NCBI RefSeq assembly: GCF_000497125.1
Contig: NC_090602.1
Span: forward strand, 124,001 to 188,000
DNA length: 64,000 nucleotides
Source of the DNA: Spironucleus salmonicida
Lineage: Eukaryota
Direction: 5' to 3'
In this document: positions 51,979 through 64,000 of the stretch, in pieces
Numbering within the stretch: position 1 is the stretch's first letter
How the letters are laid out: each line of letters starts with the position of its first letter
The notes under the pieces: model-generated
The model's input: only the letters and a program-made list of their open reading frames with translations
The model's database searches: none
What the model was told of the DNA's origin: nothing
Translations under genes and position numbers: made by a program

Positions 51979-52146
51979 TTGATTAGGTTTTGTATATGTT
52001 TGACGTTAAATCAAGATGTGTTTGGTTATTCACAAATCATATATAATATTGAGAACAAACCATCAGTTACTCTATAAACCACAAAAACAAAATACATATA
52101 AAATTATTATTATATCATAAATAGAGATTAAAGTTATTAAATCTTA

Positions 52147-52164
52147 TCACCACTTCCTCAAGTA
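52147..52164 (+). promoter_or_regulatory. C-rich upstream motif before aldolase ATG
   Basis: TCACCACTTCCTCAAGTA-ATG. Confidence 0.6.
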
Positions 52165-53145
<981 letters not shown>

Positions 53146-53680
53146 AGTTGACTCTTTATTCTATTAATTTTATTATACATATCTTATAGTAATTTTTAGA
53201 AGTTTGAAGGCTAAAACTCCTTAGAGTACTTAGTTATAGTGTTATCACTAAATGAATTAGTTTTATGTAATCTACCTCTTATTTAAGTTGTTTGTTGATT
53301 TTTTAATTCACTGAATACAAGTTTCATATTAATAATAAGGTTTTACTAAATATTATATTAAAGTAACGTTATCTCTAGAATTAATCAGCTTTTAAAATTA
53401 TTATATACTTACTTATCTATGATTTTATTTCGTTAATAAATAAGGTATACTCCTCTTTACTAATTTGTATGTTAACCTGTTAATTCTATCATTGGCGTGT
53501 CTATTATCAATATTGCTAGAAGTCGCTGTTTTTAAACAGAAATTAGTAATACTTCAACGATTAAAATTAAATATGATCATTAAATAAAACTAATCCAAAA
53601 ATATTCGTCCATTATTAAAAATAAAAAATATTTTAATATATATAAATATATATTATTGAAGTTTATCCATTCTAAGAAAA

Positions 53681-55351
53681 ATGCTCTTATGTTTTTCCTT
53701 CACCCCCGAAGCTCTCTTGAATTGCTACGGACTTGGAACATTCGCTACTATATAACCTAATGTCAATCAGGTTTGTGTTTCACTGCAACCTGAAAATTCG
53801 GAAATTTGTGCACGTTTTCCACATGGAGTCACGGTAACACTTAACATGAACATTGCTCTGACTACAATTTTGACTAATTTTGCATACTCCTCAACCACTG
53901 AAATATGTTTCTAGTGCATTCCAGATGGTACGATTATTACAGAAGCACAGTGTGAGTTACTAAAAGACACTGAGTTTGCCTCTATGACACTCGACGGTAT
54001 TTCAGTTGTTAGTCAGGTACCTATCGGTGCAATTATGACACGTAATAGTAACTTCGACGATTGCTTCGTCCAGGATGCCACCAGTTTCTTCAGCCTCAGT
54101 TCAGACTATGCCGATTTTTCACTGAACGCTACCGGACGATGTGATGAGCTATTCAATTAAGGAAAGATCCAGAAGGTTGATGTGCTGATTTTGTTCGAAA
54201 ATTGGACACGGTATTAGAGAGTTGAACTAATTTAACCGTAATACATAAGGTTTTGGCCCAGTAAGTTCTTTCTCAGTGGCGATAACATGTTCAATTTGAT
54301 TATCAACCAAACCGTGTAGTTAGCGTAGGTACTTTTCTATATTGAATTGAACGGTGTTCTTTTGAGTACTTCGACTGACTTATCGACCTATAAATTTTTC
54401 GACTTCTAATAGTGCTACACAAACTATACATTATAGACTACTTATGACTATTTTGTGATTACCATATCACCAGTGAAGGGGTTCATTGAGATTGAGGAGG
54501 CTAAAGTAAGCGGAAATTACAATTAGATAATATTAAGAACTCAGTTTGTATCTAATTTTAACGCCTCTGAAACATACACTTATTAGATTACACCTGAATT
54601 TGATCATTTTGATTTTTAAAATCCAGGAAATGTATTTTCTTGTAAATCTGAAGATAATTTATCATTATGTTTGGAATAAAGAGCAAAAATTATAGATTCA
54701 GGAGTTTATAATTATCATATAACATTTTAACTAATGCTTTTAAAAGATAACAAGTTAGTATATTCAGGATCGTTTCAAATACCGTCTATAAATGCATCAT
54801 TCTGTTTAGAAAGCTCGAAAGCAGTTGTTGATTAGGGTTAGATCAAGATTACAGCTAAATTAAGCTCATATTTTAATGAATCTGCAGCTTGTGCGTTTTC
54901 TAATCATAATATTATATCTCTTGAATATTTTAATGATAATGAGTATTTATTAACACCTTTATTATTTAGAAAGATGGATTCGAAAGATTTAGATATAACT
55001 TTTTTCCCTTGCTCTGGCTATTGTTTATAACACGATGATACGTGTACACCAGTAGATGAGGAGATATGCCATAGATTTTAACTTGATCATGGATAAAAAA
55101 TTTAAATATCTTATCTAAACTTAGATACAGGTAATTAGATTATTATGATAATTGAAGAAATAGAAAATAAAGATTATGGAGATTTTTTTTAAAAGATGAT
55201 AATATTTACAGGAGGAATATGTAGTGGTATGCTTTGTGTTGTTATTGGATTTATTATATTTACTAAATTTTAGGCATAAATTTTAAGAAAAATAGAAGAA
55301 AAAATAAGACTCAAAGAAGCATAGAAAAAAAAGTTATTAGATGAAGATTGA
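53681..55351 (+). CDS. Type I membrane/surface protein with spaced cysteines, 556 aa
   Basis: Short hydrophobic N-terminus MLLCFSF; recurring C-Y/F units; C-terminal TM (IIFTGGICSGMLCVVIGFIIF) and basic tail. Confidence 0.8.
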
Positions 55352-55721
55352 GTTATAAAATTTAAACATTATTTTATTAATTTATATTATTTTGAGAATT
55401 TGAATAATCTCTCTTAAAATCTATTTTGATTTTGGTTTATTTAAATATTCATAAGTATAGATAGCTAGTAAAACATTAATTTTATAATATATAATTATAT
55501 GTAAATTATTATATTTATTGATAATCTATTTATGTAGTGTGAATATATTAATCATTTTATGACAAAATATAACTGTATTAATAATTGTAGTAGAAGTAAA
55601 ATTAATATTTATGTGAATAAAGGTTTAATTATTTATTGCTATTAATTTAGAACTATTTAGGATATAAATATTATACTGCTATTTATATGTCATATCTATT
55701 GCCAATTTTCCATTCCTCACA

Positions 55722-56657
55722 ATGCCACAGATTGTACGTTATGCTCAGCTGTCTGTTGATGAAGCTAAATGCGAATCAGCTGCACAATAATTGAATATTG
55801 CGATGGAAGGACGTAGCAATGATAAGGTTTAAATGATCTCCATTACTCGTCAACTTAATGCGGAGGAACGCTTTGTTTGTGCAAAAATTTTCTAATAGAA
55901 ATTTGGTAAATCATTGCTTACTGTTCTTAAGGATGAACTTTCTGGTGATTTAGAAGACTTCTTTATTGTTTGTTACTCTGGTTTCTATAACTAATGGGCT
56001 CAGTTCGTCTATGATTCTATGAAAGGCAAGAAGATCGACTAAGTTTTCATGGCTGAGATACTTTTCATGATGACCTTTGACGATCTTAAGAAAGTTACTG
56101 TAGCATATACTGAATTATTTGGTGCTGATATGAAAGCTGATGTTTTGACTGAAGTGGCAGGTACTGAATTCCATGCTTTATTCTTGTCTTGGTTCGAAAG
56201 TGGTAACATCTATGGCGGTGATATTGAAAAGATTGTAGATTATATGGTTGATACTCTTACTGCAACTGATTTCAATGCTCGTATTGTTAACATTTTGACT
56301 AAATGCCACTCCAGAGTCTACAGATAGGTATAAGAGCCTTTCAAGCAGAGAACTGGTGATGATTTTATCAATATTCTCAAGAAGAAATATGATGCTAAAA
56401 ATGAAAAAGTTTTCATGGAATGCCATTATGCTCTCCTTAACCAGTAAGAGTTTATTGCGAGACAGCTCATGCTTGCATTCAAGGGAGCTGGTACTGATGA
56501 AGATAAGATGATGCGTGTTACTCAGTTATATTCCGATAGACTTCACGGTGACTCCATTACCCAAGCTTATGCTGCCTATGGTGATATTGAGAAAACTATA
56601 AAGGCTGACCTCTCAGGAAAATCCGAAGACCTCGTTCTTGCTCTTTGGGGCTTCTGA
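55722..56657 (+). CDS. Annexin (alpha-giardin-like), 311 aa
   Basis: AMEGRSND, KFGKSLLTVLKDELSGDLE, AFKGAGTDEDKM, IKADLSGKSEDLVLALW. Confidence 0.95.
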
Positions 56658-57187
56658 AAGTGAAAGATTTAAATCACAAATTTATTTCGTATCTATTTTT
56701 AGTCTTATCTGTCTTTAAAAAGTGTATAAACCAGTAATGAAATACTGCGCCAACAATATTAGATTGAATATATGAGGTATCAGTTATATATGCTTCTGTT
56801 TTTGATACGATCAATTTATTATCTAAGACAAATACATTTAAAATGTTGTCTTAGGCAACCTCTATTATACTCCCGGAACAATTAATAATAAAATCAGGAT
56901 TATCACAAAATTTATTAATAATGGTCTTAGAAGTGAGCTAATATGGCAGGTCCCCTTAAAATCCAATTTCGCGAACTCCTAGAAGTACAAAATGCTTACA
57001 TATTTCTTACGCCAGGAAGAAATCTCCTAAAATATTTATTCGTAAACCTTATAAATAACTGTTCAGTTCTGGTTACAATGCACGTATTTATCGATCATAC
57101 AATTAATCCATAATTAGGTAATTCCACAGTTATTCTTATTATACTATAATAAATTAATTAAAATTAAAATTTTTCATTATTAAATTT

Positions 57188-60100
57188 TCAGTTCCAAACC
57201 CAAAAACTCTAGGTTCCCTCGCCCTCGCGCTTGACAACACCACATAGCGCTCCAGCCTCACTACTAAATTCCATTTTATGAGTAATGCAAATAAGTTAGA
57301 CGCCTATTTCACGTAATTTTTGACCAACAAAAATGGCCTTTTCACTGTCCAAATTCGCATCAATTTCATCGAAAAATACTATTTTCGCCCCCCGAATAAG
57401 AACAAAAGAGAGAACTAAGCACATTTAAATTAAAGCCTTCTCACCGCCGCTTAAATCGTCGAAATTACGTACTCCATCACCTGGTGGTACCGCAAGAATC
57501 TAAACCTTTTCAATCGCTACCGATGTGAGCGAGATGGAGCCTGCACCCTCTGTAAAAAGTTTGTATAATTTGTCTGTTTCAACTTCCATTTTAGCCACGA
57601 AATTTGAAAATTTTTCAAAAGCTGTGGAATTGTCAAAATTTGACTGTTTCAGAGTTGTTGTGAGGCTACTTTTGAGCGTTTGATGCGTTTACTAGAGCTA
57701 AATAAGTTCTTATTATGCCTATTTGACCTAGTCAACCGCATTCAAATCAATATTTTAAAGCGATATACTATTTAGCGATAAAAGCTCCGCTTTGAGTTCC
57801 TGAATACGCTGAGCTTACGAAATTTTAAGTTTCGTTTTGAAATGCATGTCCAGTTGATAAGTTTCCAAGAAAAATATTATCGGATCAGAGGGTTACATTA
57901 TGAAGGCTTCTAAAAGAAGTTTTGGTGCTTCTGCATTTGATGGTAGCGTTATTTATTTCGTAAAAATTTTTTCTATTAAACCTGTTAGTTAAGTTGTTGA
58001 GTAAATAACTGATTACTTTTCTTCTTAAATAGATATTCGTAATAGTTCTGATTAGTCTGAGATGGTAGTCTATAATCTTAGTTTTGATAAAATTTGGCTT
58101 TTAAGTTACAACTAAATTTCTTTAAATTTCAATTGTTCGTTAGCTATAGTTTGTAAAATAACGTCATTTTCTATTATTTGTGCATTATTAATTTAATTTT
58201 CAGTTTTATTAACACTTAATTATTGCTATATCGCTTAAATTTAACGATTTAGCCTTTAAATATCTGTTTCATAGTCTTAATTATTAATAATCTCAATTTT
58301 TTATTCAATAATAATTATTTATTTTTAAATATCTATTTTCTCATCATTTTAAAATGCTTTTTCAACTTTAAGGAACTCATGTCCGGATATTTTCATTTAA
58401 GAATAAATAACTTTGAAGTATTCTAGTTTCATCTTATCTATTAATTCTGATTAGCGAATAAATAGCTCGTTTTATACTTCTTCGCCTCTTTCAATTTTAA
58501 ATAATTTGTCTTTATAATCTTTGATTTACTCTGATAAACTATCCACTTAATCCTATAGTTTAAGTTTATCTAGTTAGGCTATATGCACTTTTTGTTCATG
58601 AGCTTTAATTTATACTTCTAAATCTAAGATAATTTAGTTTTATAATTAATCAATTTTAAGCGATAACTATACCGTATTCTACTCCTCTGTATCTAATTAT
58701 TATTACAACTTATCCTTTTCGTCATCTAAGTCAATAAAATTTAAATCATCTTTCGAATTAGATTTTCCATTTCCTATATTAGCGCTTAGAACACCATTAG
58801 GACTGAACATTTTACAGTCAATGGTTACTACACGCATTCCTGTTTGAGATGATAGTTATCTAGGATTTTCATTAGATAATATCGTATTTTTACATACAAA
58901 ATTAAATAGATTCTCATACCCAGGTTTCTTTTATACAAAATTTGCAAGCATATCTGGTCTATTATTATTAATAATTTTTAAACTTTCTAAAGGAATGAAT
59001 GTACTAACTGGAAGCTTGCGTAATTTCAGTTCATTTACAGCCTAAATTGCAGTTTCAAAATTATCTACTACATAAGCATGCATAAGACCACCACATGCAA
59101 AATTAAGAGCTTTTTAGTGGTTTTTATTTCCAGCCTTCACCCAATCACTAACTATGCCTTTGAAGCCTATAAACTTTTCTCGTAGAATTTATACTATCTT
59201 TCGTTGCTAAATTACATTTTTTTGAGCTGTTTATGTCCTTGCTATAGAATCTAGTTTTTAAGATAATGAAATAATCTACTGAGATAAATTTGATGCTCTA
59301 AATTAAGCTTTTTAGCGCATTTTTAAGGAAGTTTCAAGGGTTGCTTATGCTGAATTATGATTAGATTTCAATGTAGTAAGTTAATTATCTAAACTATTCA
59401 ATAATAATTATTTTTATTCTAATTTTTATGATGTATCAGATTTGTTTTCTTAGTGTTTTGAAAGACGCTTTGTATAAGAATCGATCTGTTCACGATACTC
59501 AATAAGTTCTTACTTTATTTAATATCGCTTTGTAATATCATCTTTAAATTTATCGTTAAATGAATGAAATAATGGCAAATATGTATCTGGTAATTTAGAT
59601 GTATCATTGTTTTATTAATCAGCTAAATCTTATAAATTTTTCAATTATGATATTGAATTAACCTTTTAAAGCTCATTATCCTATAACTAATGATTGAACC
59701 TACTAATAGACTCTTAAATTATAAGTTATTTTTTAGTAAGTCCTTCATCTAGTTAGGTAAATTTTTTACGTAATGAAATAAGCTCAGATTATTTCATCTC
59801 AATTTATTCCGTTTTAAATTGCTATTTCAGTATATCAGTATCAATATCTTAAAGTTATGCCTGCAATGATAAGAGCTCATTTTATTCAGGAAACTACTTC
59901 AAATTTTCTTCTAATTGTTTGATTTACTTTTTGTTTTAAATAGCTTATTGAATATATTCATCAGCTTCTAAACTATATAGTTCTTCTTCACAAAGTTGCA
60001 GTTATTTTTGATTTTATTCAAACTGTTTTGCTTTTTCAGCTTAGTCTTTTAATCTGATATAATTTTTCCTTTTAACTAAAATTTATTCAGTTAATTGCTA

Positions 60101-60460
60101 TAACTCGTATTTTAATTAATTAATATCTATCGGTGTCTCCTATTCCTATTCAATATCAATTTCAAAAGGATTTTAACATGGTAATACGATTAAAGGTAAC
60201 TGCTATAAAAAATCTGAATGAGTTAACAAAACTTCGTCAATAAAATATTAATCTAAGTGTTTTTTATATACTACATCACCTATCTTCAATTCTACAGTTG
60301 ATTCATTCTCAATATTTTTAATTACTGATTCTACAGCAGATATAGCGTTGGATTTACCAGAACCATTCGGCCCTAAAATTGCAGTAAATTAATGTGGAAT
60401 AGTTAAAGTAACCATATTCTAATATGTTCTAAAATTTTAGATAGAAATAGATTAAAGCAT
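57188..60460 (-). CDS. SMC ATPase, SMC1-like, ~1090 aa
   Basis: QNFRTY, FTAILGPNGSGKSN, hinge GGLMHAYVVDNFETA...STFIPL, LSGGEK, FFDEIDANLD, CITHK. Confidence 0.92.
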
Positions 60461-60660
60461 TTGTAGAGATGTAAAAGTAAAATTATAATATATAATATAA
60501 TAATTAAGTAATAAAATATATTGCAAGATAAAATTAACGTATATACCTATTTTTTATTTAGGGTTAGCAAATATGCTTGTGCTATAAGTTAGATTCAACT
60601 AAATATAGATAAACTGGAAGAGAAAAAATATTATAGTTTAGCTAATAAAATATAAAACTC

Positions 60661-61002
60661 TCACATTCTTTCACGGATTGCAATCAAATCATTTACTATT
60701 ACTGAACAGCTCAAGCCAGCGTCTCCCAGTTATTTAAGTGCTAACGCATATTTATCAATCTGCTACTGCCATTGTAAGGCCTGTTTTTAAAATTTCACTT
60801 CCTAGTCTGCAACTCTCAGTAATGTTTACTCTACAGTTTTTTGATTTGTAATAATAGAGGAGACTACAGAGTCTAGATGAATCTTATCTTACGCTGTCTC
60901 AGTACTAAAAGAAGCTAGTGCACCTTTTTGTAAATGTATTAATGTAGCTTTTTCTGTATTAGCTTTCATGGTTTGGTTGTTGAATGCGGCGGTGATTGAC
61001 AT
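60661..61002 (-). CDS. BLOC1S1: BLOC-1/BORC subunit 1 (BLOS1/GCN5L1)-like, 113 aa
   Basis: TNQKTVE...FQKQALQW...YALALKQLGD matches the BLOS1 pattern NQ.....F.KQT.QW....F..ALKEIGD. Confidence 0.75.
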
Positions 61003-61046
61003 TTTTGGTATTAATAAAATATACTGTATTTAATATTAAGTAACTT

Positions 61047-61652
61047 ATGGAAGTGTCAACCGTGAACCTCAATCTATTTGCGACTCCTACAAAAAGAATT
61101 CGCACATGGTATAATTCAAAGCCTTTACCAACATTTGAAGAATTATTTACCCCAAATTAAACCCAATAATATTCAATGAATTAGTTTATTGGTGATCGTT
61201 TAGCATGCTCATCTGGAAGTAGGTTTAGATCTGCTAAGATTCCAACGTTTTCTAATCATACATCTGATTCATTCAATGATATTTTGCTGAGAAATCCTGG
61301 GGAGATTCCAAAACTACCACCGCCTAAGATCTAGATTTATTAAAATTTTAATGAGTAAAAATGTACAAACTAAATAGTTGAGGAAATTTAACAAGAATAA
61401 ATTCCAAAGCTAGGACTAAATGATGAAACCATATCTCTTATGAATCAGTTTAGAGATAAAACTAAGATAGCATAGGATATTTTGAAACGATTGAATGCAC
61501 AAAAGAAAGTATAAGAAACATGTAATTAGATAATAATACGACAAAGATAGTTTAGAAAAAGCAAGGTGCCTGATTTTTGTATGAAGTGTAAGGATCCGAT
61601 AATTGATTTATTAGTGGCGAGTTAAGGCCTTAGAGATTAGCTTGATAAGTGA
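61047..61652 (+). CDS. Hypothetical protein, 201 aa
   Basis: MEVSTVNLNLF...; ends AAG-TGA. Confidence 0.65.
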
Positions 61653-62196
61653 AATTGTTAAGCAGTGATTAACTTTATTTATGTAATTATTATTAGTTTT
61701 TTCTTAATTTATTACTATAATATGTTGTTAGTATTGTTAAGCATAACAAACTACCAAAGTATAAATAAACAGCGAAATAAGTTGAAAATTACTTACCAAA
61801 TTATTATAGATAAAGACTAAAGAAAATAATATAACCAGCTGTGTATAAAAGTTATAAATATTCATATATAATTATTATAAACATTTATATACAACAATAA
61901 ATTATATAAAAATTTTCTATTCTATTTAAAATTGACCATCTTTGAATATTAGTTAAACCATCCGTAAAGTATATTAAGAGAATATTATTTTAATCGTACA
62001 GACAAAAATCTAGATCTTAAAGAAATTTATTAAAATAAGACATTTATCTTTATAAAAATAATGTATGTTTGCTCTTTAAAAATTAAAAAACTCAATAATA
62101 TAACTAATCAGGATAATAAGTGGTAATTAAGATATTATACAAATTAGTTAACTGATATTTTTAACATTATTATATTATAATTATTCCCTTCTAAAA

Positions 62197-62922
62197 ATGA
62201 CCGCCAATCTACGTATTCCCTAAATCTATATCTAACCCAACATAAAATTCCTCCAATTATAATAATTAAGCTAAATATAATCGAAAAATTAGTAGTTGTA
62301 CCTCCTCTAATAACGTTCACAATCCCGTTATAAATCAAAAAAACTGTCTAACTGTAAAACCTCAGTAATGGCTACACGAATTCCATTAATTATTTAAACA
62401 CTTGGCGATTTTGATGATATTAATTTCGCGTAACCATTTGAGTCTAGAAATAAGTATTTCGATATTCTAGTTCCTGGAACAACATCTAAAATTGACCGTA
62501 CAATAGCACAATCCTCATCTGCTGAAGAGGCCGAAATTTAACCAAATGATTCAATTTTTATTAATTATCGTGAACTTTTCCTTAACTTAACGGCTCGTGG
62601 TATTGTACTAAATGAACTTATTTTAGTTAATTTTTAAACCTTAAAAACAAGTTAAGATAAGTAAGGGAAAATTATTAAGCTAGAAAGAAAAATGAATTTT
62701 AAGAAAGGGAGTATTCTCCGCGATGTGCGCTAAATTGAGGCAGAAAAACGACATTTTAAAGAGTAACTTTTAGAGGCCGGAACAGGATTTAAATTAGCAT
62801 ATTTTGATAAACTTCTAGAAGAAAAGTATGGAGAAAGACGTAAGGGATATGAAAACCGTCTTCGAAAACTCATGGAGACATTTTGTAAAATGTATGTTGC
62901 GATATATTAAGGAAATTAGTGA
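62197..62922 (+). CDS. Hypothetical protein, 241 aa
   Basis: MTANLRIPQIY...; ends TAG-TGA. Confidence 0.6.
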
Positions 62923-62981
62923 TTTATATTATTATGTATAATTTAATTTAAATTTAATTAAATAAATTCGCTCTCCAAGAA

Positions 62982-63431
62982 ATGTCTAAGACTCCAGCAC
63001 ATCATAATATAGGTAACTGGCACTGGGATGAAAAGAGCTTTACAGAATGGTCTAAGACGTATATTAAAGAATTGTTTGAGTTTGTAAAGGATGTTGAAGA
63101 AGGTATTAAGCTTGAAATAACTGTAGACGAAGTTAAAGGCGAGGCTTTTAAAATTGTTCGTAAGAATAAGCTTAGATCTTCATTTGATTTTAAAATTAAA
63201 ATGAAATTTAGTTATTTAGTAGCTGAAAAGGATACTATTAAAGGTACTATTTTATTTGAACCTTTTTGTGACGAAACTGATCCTGAAGACTGGTGTTATG
63301 AGGTCAAGATTGAAAATGTTAAAGAACATAATGCAGATAATGTAGCAGATTGTAAAGCATTGGTTTGTCAGAAGTTATTTATTGACAAATTTTAGACTTA
63401 TGCTGATGAATTCAACAATAAGATGGATTGA
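62982..63431 (+). CDS. Hsp90 activator Aha1 N-terminal-domain-only protein (Hch1-like), 149 aa
   Basis: NIGNWHWDEK...WSK, VKGEA...RKNK; reads through TAG at 63393 to TGA. Confidence 0.9.
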
Positions 63432-63441
63432 TTAATATTTA

Positions 63442-64000
63442 TCACTCTTAAACTGGATAGTGTTCAACTGAAGTTGGTGGTGAGTAAATAGTATCTTGGT
63501 AAGAAAATTTTTATTGAATATCTGCTTCTATATCTGCAGTTATTGATATAAAATTATTTTATTGATTATTTAGATATTGTCTTATTTCTAAAATCTTATC
63601 TTTTAACTGTTTTATTTGATTTTCATAATTATTGTGTTCTAAATTCTATATAATTATCATTTTTTATTTCATTTTTTGAAATTCTTATTCTTATTCCTTG
63701 AGAGATTAATTTTATTCTATAATAAAAGATATTAATTATGTGATATCATTATAAAAATCTGAAATATTATCTTAAATAATAATCTGTTGGCTATCAAAAT
63801 ATGATGCCAAATTTGTCAAATTTTTTCCAAAACTTGAAAGTAAAGATTTAACTTAAACTTATAACTTCTCTTCATAATTTTATTTTGTCTACTCTTTCTA
63901 GCTTATAACCTAATACTCTAATTTAATATGCTGATTCTCAGATTATAAAGACTATATCTGTTTCGTTTGCTCTTCTATTTCATTTTTATATTTTTGCATA
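63442..64000 (-). CDS. 3' part of coiled-coil protein (probably continues beyond window)
   Basis: Frame open from the window edge (MQKYKNEIEEQ...) to GAG-TGA. Confidence 0.6.

Noticed and set aside
56700-57180. Possible small ORF or ncRNA between annexin and SMC
   Set aside because: No clear boundaries or structure.

Overview
Gene-dense, AT-rich eukaryotic DNA from a hexamitin diplomonad (Spironucleus-like). TAA and TAG read as Gln and TGA is the only stop, so the supplied standard-code ORF track is fragmented. Re-read by hand with that code, the window holds about 45 single-exon CDSs with very short intergenic gaps. About half end in AGTGA overlapping the stop, and many have a C-rich patch just before the ATG. 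Recognisable products: MORN protein, P4-ATPase flippase, EmrB/QacA-type MFS transporter, lysophospholipid acyltransferase, CHD/Mi-2-type remodeller, two Rrp5 paralogues, cathepsin B, ankyrin protein, AEC-family transporter, DCAF7, CCDC151/ODA-DC1-like protein, class II aldolase, two annexins, SMC1-like protein, BLOS1 and an Aha1 N-domain protein. Most unusual: (1) a 1,356-bp GC-rich two-gene cassette in two ~99% identical direct copies 14,894 bp apart, with sharp ends and no recognisable transposase; (2) a 134-aa FGF-like beta-trefoil protein; (3) a ~1.8-kb GC-rich, TAA/TAG-free island inside the flippase ORF, apparently the extreme case of recurring C-rich to G-rich skew switches; (4) a half-size UBA1-like E1; (5) long and short Rrp5 paralogues side by side. 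All homology calls are by-eye motif recognition, and not every long ORF was checked codon by codon; no searches were run.
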